Assembly: GCF_035084215.1 (NCBI RefSeq)
Contig: NW_027139717.1
Span: 1-64,000, forward strand
Direction of reading: 5' to 3'
From: Heptranchias perlo
Lineage: Eukaryota
DNA: 64,000 nucleotides
The position numbers and the translations under genes were made by a program. The notes below the pieces were generated by a model. That model worked only from the letters and a program-made list of their open reading frames with translations. It ran no database searches and was not told where the DNA came from. This document shows positions 49,223 to 59,544 of this stretch, one piece after another; the stretch's first letter is position 1, and each line of letters begins with the position of its first letter.

Positions 49223-50383
49223 ATATCTCAAAGGCTGAAGTGGAGAGCTCCCCGGGGGTAGGGGATGGCCGTGTGTCTCGTCCCAAACCCTCCCCAGGGG
49301 CGGGGACAATCTCTCAGTCTGCCGGGGTCCTCCAGCCTGTCCTGAGTGTATTTCTCCCTCTGTCTCTCTCCCAACTTTTCTCTCTCTTTAGCTTCTCTGG
49401 TTTGTAATCGGGATTTGTGTCTCAGTGTTGGGGCTGAGGGATTGTTGGTGTAACTGGGAGAGGGAGTGGGAGGGAGGGGGGAGAGAGAGGGGGAGGGGGT
49501 TGGGAGGGAGGGAGCTCTGGGCTCTTGCTGTGCCTTTTTAATCCCTTGCTTTTGTATTTTACTCAATTCCCCCTCTCTCTCTCTCCCTCTCTCCCCTCAG
49601 GAATCTTTTCGATGAAATGCTGCAAGGAGATGATCCAGAAAGAGACATTTTGTGAGAAGGAGGAGGATGAGGGGGAATCCTGGGCCAAGAATCGTTCTCT
49701 CCGCTGGGGACTGACTGACTGAGACCTTCACCGCAGCCTGGACCCGATGGGGGTCATGTGAGTAATGTCTGGGTTACTCTGGGGGATCACTGGGACATTC
49801 TGGGGACACTGGAGGATCACTGGGACATTCTGGGGACACTGGAGGATCACTGGGACATTGTACAGGAGCTGACACTGAGACACACACTGACCGTCTGACA
49901 GTGCAGCGCTCCCTCAGTACCGACCGTCCGACAGAATATCACCATCTGTTCGAGCCCAAATTCCTCCCTTCATTCATTGCAAGTGCAACTTTTCAGAAAT
50001 AACACAAAGTGGATCAAACTATTATTCAGAGGCTGACAATGTGACATATCTCGGGTCTTAATTGAAATTAAAAGCTCTTTCAGGGAGCGTCCTGCAGCAC
50101 GCAGAGGGCCGAAATGTGAAAACAGCCTCCAAATGTTTTCTTAAGTTTGAAGTTTAATTTTTGAAAAGGTCACTGACAACTCAGAAAGAAATCGTGTTAA
50201 TTCCGAAGCCATTTTGGGCCCCCATGTGAAATTGTATTGTAATGGAACCACACAGACACATGGGGAAGCTCGGGAGCAAACTGATTGGAATTTGAGATTT
50301 TAATCCCATATTCATTTGTGGCACAGCTCAGCTCAATTCAAACCCAATGTCTGTGCAAGGATCACGTGTCTCCTGACTGTACA

Positions 50384-50418
<35 letters not shown>

Positions 50419-50654
50419 TCAGTCTCACTGGTCCCATAACATAACTTTAAAGCAGTAAAATTAACCAGAACCTGCTCCAAAGACAAAACAGATCCAGATC
50501 TTGAAGGTGTGATGATTTCCTTCTCTCTGCTCTGTTGGTGGGAGGCTCATTTCCAGTCCCAGGTATTTGTCTATTCCCCATGTCTGATGGGTTGGTTCCT
50601 GTGAACAGTTTGTCAGAGAGTGTTTCACTGCCTCAGGGTGTTTACAGAGAGATG

Positions 50655-51106
50655 TGAGGAATCTTACAACACCAGGTTTTAGTCCAACAGTTTTATTTGA
50701 AAATCACAAGCTTTCGGAGGCTTTCTCCTTCGTCAGGTGAGTGTGGGATTCCATGAAAGGCACCGCTTTATAGTCAGAGCACAATGCCTGGTGATTACAG
50801 ATAATCTTTCCAACTGCAGGTTGTCAAGGCAATCAAAGGATTCGAATAACAGGATTGGTTTGACCAGGAGACCTGTCTGTTGGAATGAGCCACATTTCAA
50901 GGACCTATTTTACTGATTTGAAACCCTCACAGCCTGTCTCCCCCTCTTCCCTCACCCCAAACCGAGTCCCCCCTCCACACTCACCTGACAAAGGAGAAAG
51001 CCTCCGAAAGCTTGTGATTTTCAAATAAAACTGTTGGACTATAACCTGGTGTTGTAAGATTCCTTACATTTGTCCACCCCAGTCCATCACCGGCATCTCC
51101 ACATCA
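50655..51106. mobile_element. Fold-back Penelope-derived element with a captured central segment
   Basis: Inverted arms at 50655-50745 and 50976-51068 plus the tail; the centre (50850-50972) matches 321-443. Confidence 0.78.
50704..50740 (-). ncRNA. Minimal type I hammerhead ribozyme motif with intact core
   Basis: Minus-strand RNA reads UCAC-CUGACGA-A-GGAG-aaagc-CUCC-GAAAGCUU-GUGA: stem I UCAC/GUGA, stem II GGAG/CUCC, palindromic AAGCUU stem III. Confidence 0.65.
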
Positions 51107-52164
51107 TCTTTACAGAGAGAGAGAGAGAAGCAGCTCCCATCCTGGTCTGAAAGACCCAGTCAATGAGAGATTTATAAAAACAATCCAGCCCAGTGCAGTT
51201 AAACCTTGTCCCCTATTAATCCAAACACACCATATTGTGAGCAAAATTCAATATTTCACAGGGCCAGTGAGTCCCAGACACGGATTGTACCCACCTCCCT
51301 AAACTAAACTCAACTCCTTACTGGAAAAAGTGTCTGTCAAAACACAGCCCGTTTCGGGACTGAACCCCTCAAATAACCGTTACACTCAACATTGCAATCT
51401 CTCAGTGAATCGTTCCCTTTTACCCACTGTGTACTGTACATGTGCAGGAGCTGACACTGAGACACGGGCCGTACCGTACCTGAGTACTTTCCAAACAAGA
51501 GAAATTGAGAGAGACAACAGAGAGAGAGGGGCAGAGAGAGAGAAAAGCACAGAGAGAGAGGGGGCGAGTGGCAAAGAGAGGGAAGGGGAGAGAGAGAGAG
51601 AGAGAAAGTAAGAGCGGGGAGAGAGTCAGAGAGAGAGAGAGAGAGAGGTCGGGAGAGAGAGAGAGAGGAGGTGAGAGGCAGAGGGAGAGAGGGGGACAAA
51701 GAGAGTGAAAGACAGAGAGAGTGAGGTGGAGAGGCAGAGAGTGGCTTGGTCCTGCCTGGTGATTTACCCGATTCCTGCGAGCAGCCAGGCTTCTCTGGGC
51801 TGTTTAATGGCTTCTCACCAGCAAGGGGGGCCCCCATCTCCCACCTCGCAATAAACTCTTTCAATCAGATGCTTCCCCTCACCGTCACACATTACCACTG
51901 TTGCAAGCCGCACACGCACAACCCACAGGTCACACACACTGGCAGCTATTCAACCATGACAGGCACATCACCCAAACACCCTGCAGGACCCTCACTGACT
52001 CACGTCCCGCTTTCTGGCAGGAGACCCCCTCACACTCTCTCCCTCTCTCTCCGTTGCTGTCGCTCTATCCCTCTCTCCCCCTCTCTCTCTGTCACTCCCT
52101 CGCTTTCGCTGCCTCTCTACCCCTCTCCCGTTCTCGCCCTCTCCCGTTCTCGCCCGCTCCCTGA

Positions 52165-53748
52165 CGGGGGAGAGATTGAACAGGGAGAGGGGGGGGAGAG
52201 ATTGAACAGGGAGAGGGGGGGGAGAGATTGAACAGGGAGAGGGGGGGGGAGAGATTGAACAGGGAGAGGGGGGGGGAGAGATTGAACAGGGAGAGGGGGG
52301 AGAGATTGAACAGGGAGAGGGGGGGGAGAGATTGAACAGGGAGAGGGGGGAGAGATTGAACAGGGAGACGGGGGAGAGATTGAACAGGGAGAGGGGGGGA
52401 GAGATTGAACAGGGAGAGGGGGGGAGAGATTGAACAGGGAGAGGGGGGAGAGATTGAACAGGGAGAGGGGGGAGAGATTGAACAGGGAGAGGGGGGGAGA
52501 GATTGAACAGGGAGAGGGGGGGAGAGATTGAACAGGGAGAGGGGGGGGGAGAGATTGAACAGGGAGAGGGGGGGGAGAGATTGAACAGGGAGAGGGGGGA
52601 GAGATTGAACAGGGAGAGGGGGGAGAGATTGAACAGGGAGAGGGGGGAGAGAGATTGAACAGGGAGAGGGGGGGAGAGATTGAACAGGGAGAGGGGAGAG
52701 AGATTGAACAGGGAGAGGGGGGAGAGATTGAACAGGGAGAGGGGGGAGAGATTGAACAGGGAGAGGGGGGGGGAGAGATTGAACAGGAAGAGGGGGGGGA
52801 GAGATTGAACAGGGAGAGGGGGGGGAGAGATTGAACAGGGAGAGGGGGGGGAGAGATTGAACCGGGAGAGGGGGGGGGGGAGAGATTGAACAGAGAGAGG
52901 GGGGGGGGGGGAGAGATTGAACAGAGAGAGGGGGGAGAGATTGAACCGGGAGAGGGGGGGGGGAGAGATTGAACAGAGAGAGGGGGGAGAGATTGAACAG
53001 GGAGAGGGGGGGGGGGAGAGATTGAACAGGGAGAGGGGGGGGAGAGATTGAACAGGGAGAGGGGGGGGGGGGGGAGAGATTGAACAGGGAGAGGGGGGAG
53101 AGATTGAACCGGGAGAGGGGGGGGGGGAGAGATTGAACAGGGAGAGGGGGGGGAGAGATTGAACAGAGAGAGGGGGGAGAGATTGAACAGGGAGAGGGGG
53201 GGAGAGATTGAACAGGGAGAGGGGGGGAGAGATTGAACAGGGAGAGGGGGGGAGAGATTGAACAGGGAGAGGGGGGGAGAGATTGAACAGGGAGGGGGGG
53301 AGAGATTGAACAGGGAGAGGGGGGGAGAGATTGAACAGGGAGAGGGGGGGAGAGATTGAACAGGGAGAGGGGGGGAGAGATTGAACAGGGAGAGGGGGGG
53401 AGAGATTGAACAGGGAGAGAGGGGGAGAGATTGAACAGGGAGAGGGGGAGAGAGATTGAACAGGGAGGGGGGGAGAGATTGAACAGGGAGAGGGGGGGAG
53501 AGATTGAACAGGGAGAGGGGGGGAGAGATTGAACAGGGAGAGGGGGGGAGAGATTGAACAGGGAGAGGGGGGGAGAGATTGAACAGGGAGAGGGGGGGAG
53601 AGATTGAACAGGGAGAGGGGGGGAGAGATTGAACAGGGAGAGGGGGAGAGAGATTGAACAGGGAGGGGGGGAGAGATTGAACAGGGAGAGGGGGGGAGAG
53701 ATTGAACAGGGAGAGGGGGGGGGGAGAGATTGAACAGGGAGGGGGGGA
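52165..53748. repeat. Purine-rich minisatellite agagattgaacagggaga(g)n, units of about 24-31 bp, about 60 copies
   Basis: Constant core with a variable G run; explains ORF 52092..53924. Confidence 0.97.
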
Positions 53749-54709
53749 GCTGCTAATTCAAACAAGAGAAAACAGTAAAGCCCACATGGCAACAAACAGA
53801 ACAGAAGTTGCAACAAAGTCCAGAAATTGTGTCTCCGGGACCCAGGGACAGAAGAGAAAACAAACCCAGGGGAGGTTTGAACTCTGCAGCAAACACTGAG
53901 CAGCACAAACAGACAGACAGACACCTGTCAGGGGAATCAGAGGCAAAGCACCAGAGAAAAATCCTGCAAACTTGGATTCGGGAGAGAAGCGAGAGAGAGA
54001 GTTAGTGGGAGGGAGGGAGGGAGCTCTGGGCTCTTGCTGTGCCTTTTTAATCCCTTGCTTTTGTATTTTAATCAATTCCCTCTCTCTCTCTCCTCAGAAA
54101 TCTCTTCGAGAAATGCTGCAAGGAGATGATCCAGAAAGAGATATTTTGTGAGGAGGAGGAGGAGGAGGAATCCTGGGCCAAGAATCGTTCTCTCCGCTGG
54201 GGACTGACTGACTGAGACCTTCACCGCAGCCTGGACCCGATGGGGGTCACGTGAGTAATGTCTGGGTTACTCTGGGATCACTGGGATATTCTGGGGACAC
54301 TGGGGGGGGAGGTCACTGGGACATTGTTGTCGTTGGACCTGTTGTGCTGGTGGTCGAAACATACTTTTTCCAAGATGGTGGCCCCTGCTGTCCCCGTGCC
54401 ATAACACATAGAAATATATAAATACATTATTAATACATAGATAATATATATTATAAATACAAGTTGTTGTTGTGGTTGTGGCCCAAACACAAAGGCCGCC
54501 GCTCTGGCTGCACTCTGGGCTGACCGGCTGCACTCTGGGCTGACGGGCTGCACTCTGCCATCACTCTGGGGTCACTGCGGGATCACCGGGGGCACTCTGC
54601 CGGCCACTTGCCGCCATCTGATGATGCGGCGGTGGCCATTTTTTCCAAAATGGTGGCCGCGCTGGCTGCCATTTTGTCCAAGATGGCGTCTCGCCGGCCG
54701 CCATTTTGT

Positions 54710-55618
54710 TTAATTTATTATTTAAATAATTCAATTGTTTAAAATGTAATCTAAATAATTCAATAGTTTAATTCAATATAAAAATAATCAATTGCTTAAT
54801 TTATGATATAAAGAAGCCAATTGTTTAATTTATTATATCAATAATTATTTAATTTAATGTATAATTAGTTCACTAATTGTATAAATAATTCAATAGTTTA
54901 TATTATATAAATAATTCAATACATTAATTCATCATATAAATAATTCAATACATTAATTCATTATATAAATAATTCAACAGCTTAATTTATTACATAATAA
55001 TTCATGTGTCTAATTTATTATAAATAATCCAATAGTTTAATTTATAATGAATTGTTTAATTTATTGTGTGAATAATTCAAGTGTTTAATTTATTGTAAAA
55101 ATAATTCAATAGCTTAATTCATTCCATGAATAATACAAGTGTTAAATTTAGTATATAAAGAAACATTTGTTTAATTTATTGTATAAATAATTGAATTGAT
55201 CATTTGATTATCTAAATAATTCAATTGTTTAATTTATGATAGAAATAATTCAAGTGTTTAATTTATTATACAAATAATTCAATAGCTCAAATCATTATAT
55301 AAATAATACAAGTGTGAAATTTATTACATAAAGAAACAATTGTTTAATTTATCATGTAAATAATTCAAGTGTTTCATTCATCATATAAATAATTCAACTA
55401 AATATACAATTATTTATACAATAAATTAAACAAAGGAATATTTATTTCATGAATTAAACTATTGAATTATTTTTATGATTATTTATACAATAAATAAATA
55501 CTAATTGTTCATGTAATAAATTAAACAATTGATTATTTAATGAAATTATCCGTTCAATTATTTATGAAATGAATTGAACGATTGAATTATTTATATTATA
55601 ATTAAACACTTGAATTAT
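54710..55618. repeat. AT-rich degenerate satellite (taaataattcaatagtttaatttatta-like) that switches orientation near 55400
   Basis: aataattcaa motifs before about 55400 and ttgaattatt motifs after. Confidence 0.85.
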
Positions 55619-55619
55619 C

Positions 55620-55975
55620 TGCTTCCAATGTCTTTGTTTTTCGGCCTGGTATTAAGACCATCAATGGCGGCTGCATCACCCAGCATGCAGCGCGGTTCAG
55701 ATTGTGCCCTATCTGAATCAGTGGAGCCCAGCGCGCAGGCGCAGTATTCACTCATTATCGGTCAGTGTGTCCTGAGCATGCGCGGCCAGTCGAGGCTGCG
55801 GGAGGAGCGCGTTCGGTGCAGGTCAGAGGATCGGAGCAAGAGGCTCAATAAACCCCGGGGCCCGGGTCCGGGCTCAGGCCCAGGCTCAGGCTTTACAAAC
55901 CCCGAGTGCGGCCCCAGACCCGAATATAAAACAGTGAACATTATCCCCCCCTCACTACCCGCCGGGAAATGAAGG
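55620..55975 (+). promoter_or_regulatory. 5'-truncated CpG promoter/first exon of ZNF copy 3
   Basis: Matches 14571-14930 and 35757-36107; lacks the upstream CCAAT/GC-box part. Confidence 0.55.
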
Positions 55976-56260
55976 GGAAATGGGGATCGGTCAGGGAGCG
56001 TCTGTAAATGAAGGAGAAATGGTGATCGGTCAGGGAGCGTCTGGAAATGAAGGAGAAATGGTGATCGGTCAGGGAGCGTCTGTAAATGAAGGAGAAATGG
56101 TGATCGGTCAGGGAGCGTCTGTAAATGAAGGAGAAATGGTGATCGGTCAGGGAGCGTCTGTAAATGAAGGTGAAATTATGATCGGTCAGGGAGTGTCTGC
56201 AAATAAAGCAGAAATGGTGTTCGGTCGAGGAGCGTCTGTAAATGAAGGAGAAATGGGGAT
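55970..56260. repeat. 39-bp minisatellite, about 7 copies
   Basis: Same unit as 14920-15484. Confidence 0.94.
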
Positions 56261-57030
56261 CTCTATATCTTCACTCATCCAGGGAGCTCGAGCTTTGGAT
56301 GCTGTTCCTTTCCTCCTCGTGGGAATCTGTCCACTCTGTACCCAAACCAACTCCTCCTTGAAGGCCTCCCACTGTTCAATTACTCTTCTGCCTGCCAATT
56401 TTTGATTCCAATCCACACTCACTCTCTCACACTCACTCTCTCACACTCACTCTCTCACACTCACTCACTCTCTCACCCTTTCACTCATGGTTTCGGGCCA
56501 CTGAAAGATGATGCGATGGGTTTGGATTTCAGCACAGGGAGGAGGGAGAGTGTGTGGGACGGGGATTTACAGCTTTGAGGAATGAGAGAGGAAATAATGT
56601 TCCAGAGAAAGGAGAGTTATCTGATCTGAATTTCTATCCTGTAATTACAGTGATAACTTTTATAAACTCCTTTTACAGGGGAGGATTTGCAGAGGGAAAC
56701 TCAAATCAAAGATCACGTCAAGATCTGACAGAGTCACTCGATTCATCAGGACCTGAATATCATCGACCTTTGAATGTGGAAGGAGAAACATTTGTCTGTT
56801 CTATCTGTGGGAGAAGATTTCAAACATCAGTGTGAGTTGAAAAGCACCGAGACACACACACCCGAGTGAGAGTGTTCCAGTGCACTGACTGTGGAAAGAG
56901 CTTTAACCAGTTTCACAGCCTGAAAAAACATCGCACCGTTCACAGCGGGGAGAAACCGTGCACGTGTTCTCTGTGTGGACGAGGCTTCAACTGATCGTCC
57001 AACCTGGAGACACACAAGGACACCCGGACC

Positions 57031-58350
57031 ACGGAGAAACCGTGGAAATGTGGGGACTGTGGGAAGGGATTCAATTACCCTTCAGAGCTGGAAACTCATC
57101 GACGCAGTCACACTGGGGAGAGGCCGTTCACCTGCTCCGTGTGTGGGAAGGGATTCATTCGGTCATCCCACCTCCTGACACACCAGCGAGTTCACTCTGA
57201 TGAGAGACCTTTTAAATGTTCTGACTGTGAGATGAGGTTTAAAAGCAAAATTAATCTGCTGATACACCAACGCACTCACACTGGGGAGAGGCCGTTCACC
57301 TGCTCCGTGTGTGGGAAGGGATTCACTCAGTCATCCAGCCTCCAGACACACCAGCGAGTTCACACTGGGGAGAGACCTTTTAAATGTTCTGACTGTGAGA
57401 AAAGGTTTAAATGCAAAAGGAATCTGCTGACACACCAATGTACCCACACTGGGGAGAGGCCGTTCACCTGCTCTGTGTGTGGGAAAGGATTCACTCAGTC
57501 ATCCACCCTGCTGACACACCAGCGAGTTCACACTGCGGAGAGCCCGTTCACCTGCTCCGTGTGTGGGAAGGGATTCACTCAGTCATCCCACCTCCTGACA
57601 CACCAGCGAGTTCACACTGGGGAGAGCCCGTTCAGCTGCTCCGTGTGTGGGAAGAGATTCACTCGGTCATCCAACCTGCTGACACACCAGCGAGTTCACT
57701 CTGATGAGAGACCTTTTAAATGTTCTGACTGTGAGAAGAGGTTTAAAAGCAAATGTAATCTTCTGACACACCAATGCACCCACACTGGGGAGAGACCGTT
57801 CTCCTGCTCCGTGTGTAAGAAGAGATTCCCTCGGTCATCCACCCTGCTGAGACACCAGCAAGTTCACTCCGATGAGAGACCTTTTAAATGTTCTGACTGT
57901 GAGAAGAGGTTTAAAAGCAAATTTAATCTGCTGACACACCAACGCACTCACACTGGGGAGAGGCCGTTCTCCTGCTCTGTGTTTGGGAAGGGATTCACTG
58001 GGTCATCCACCCTGCTGAAACACCAGCGAGTTCACACTGGGGAGAGACCGTTCTCCTGCTCCGTGTGTGGGAAGAGATTCACTCGGTCATCCCACCTGCT
58101 GAGACACCAGCGAGTTCACTCCGATGAGAGACCTTTTAAATGTTCTGACTGTGAGAAGAGGTACAAAAGCAAATTTAATCTGCTGACACACCAACGCACT
58201 CACACTGGGGAGAGGCCGTTCACCTGCTCAGTGTGTGGGAAGGGATTCGCTTGGTCATCCTCCCTGCTGAAACACCAGCGAGTTCACACTGAGAGACCTT
58301 TAAATGTTCTGACTGTGGGAAGAGATTTAAAATCAGAAACGAACTGCTGA
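57031..58350 (+). CDS. Tandem C2H2 zinc-finger ORF, copy 3 (15 fingers, one with C>F); ACG in place of ATG
   Basis: Open from accACGg (57031) TEKPWKC to a frameshifted tail [21 protein letters not shown]. Acceptor at 56678; upstream TGAs at 56833 and 56992. Confidence 0.72.
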   Translation, partial: TEKPWKCGDCGKGFNYPSELETHRRSHTGERPFTCSVCGKGFIRSSHLLTHQRVHSDERPFKCSDCEMRFKSKINLLIHQRTHTGERPFTCSVCGKGFTQSSSLQTHQRVHTGERPFKCSDCEKRFKCKRNLLTHQCTHTGERPFTCSVCGKGFTQSSTLLTHQRVHTAESPFTCSVCGKGFTQSSHLLTHQRVHTGESPFSCSVCGKRFTRSSNLLTHQRVHSDERPFKCSDCEKRFKSKCNLLTHQCTHTGERPFSCSVCKKRFPRSSTLLRHQQVHSDERPFKCSDCEKRFKSKFNLLTHQRTHTGERPFSCSVFGKGFTGSSTLLKHQRVHTGERPFSCSVCGKRFTRSSHLLRHQRVHSDERPFKCSDCEKRYKSKFNLLTHQRTHTGERPFTCSVCGKGFAWSSSLLKHQRVHTERPLNVLTVGRDLKSETNC

Positions 58351-59544
58351 GACATCGACGCACTCACACTGGGGAGAGACTTTTCACCTGCTCCGTGTGT
58401 GGGAAGAGATTCACTCGATCATCCCACCTTCTGAAACATTAACTTGTTCACACTGTTGAGTCACCTTTTAATGCAGTGACTGTGAGACGAGCTTTGAAAG
58501 CAGAAATGAACTGCTGACACATCAACGCATGCCCATTGGTTGAGAGACTGTTCACCTGCTCCGTGTGTGGGAAGGGATTCACTCAGTCATCACACGTGCT
58601 GAGACACCAGCGAGTTCACGAAATGAGCAGGTCCAACGAGCCGGTCTGTAACACAGGCCAATGACTCAGTGCAGCTTGTTACCCAGTCACTGGGCTCCGT
58701 TATAGCCTCTCCTGTCAGTAACACACAAAGAGAAATTGTAAATCTGAAACAGAAAGAGATAATGTATAACACTTCATATCAACCACCAGTTTTTCCCTCT
58801 TTCCGGCTTTTAAAACAATCTGTTTCACAGTTTGTCAAACCCGAAACAGCCTCTGGGATTTGCTGATCGAGAATTTCAGTGGAAATTGGGACCGTCATTA
58901 AGTATCGGAACAAATATCCCCGCTGAGGTTTCGGGATTGTTACTGGTTTATTTATATCAGTGAGTGACCAATTTTAAACTAGGTGAGGGTCGAAACCTAA
59001 GGTAAGAGCCTGGGATAGACAAGAGATTCTTCAATGTATCAAGTTAAATTACACTGATTCCACCAACACTGGACATCACATCCCTCAAACATTGTTACCT
59101 GTTACTGTATAAAACTGGTGAGGGTGGAAATGGGAAATAACTGAAAAAAAATTCATTGTTTCAAAGTTAATTCTGATCACTATTATTGTACATTCTCCAA
59201 CCTATCCCTTAAAAAGGACCCAATATCAAACCAGTCCCCAGTCCTTGGGCCTGTGCCTATGTTGTGATTTGCACCCGCTTCTGACTGACTTGGTATCAGA
59301 CGCACTCCCGTCAACAGTAAACGGATGGAGCCGGATCCATAAGAGAAAAATGAGGACCGACCTCCACGGTTCTCCCAGAGTGCGGGAGGCGGAGTAACAG
59401 CAGCAGACAGAGAGATCTCTCGAAACCAGCCGCTGCCGCCGGAGAGAAGCGAGTCCCGTTCCGAGCCGTGTCTGTCAGGCGCCCGCTGACCCTCTCTTCA
59501 CTGAAGGGGACCGATTCAGCACCAACTCACACACCCACCATTGG

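Noticed and set aside
52092-53924. 610-aa ORF
   Set aside because: It is a stop-free strand of a minisatellite whose variable G runs shift frame from unit to unit.
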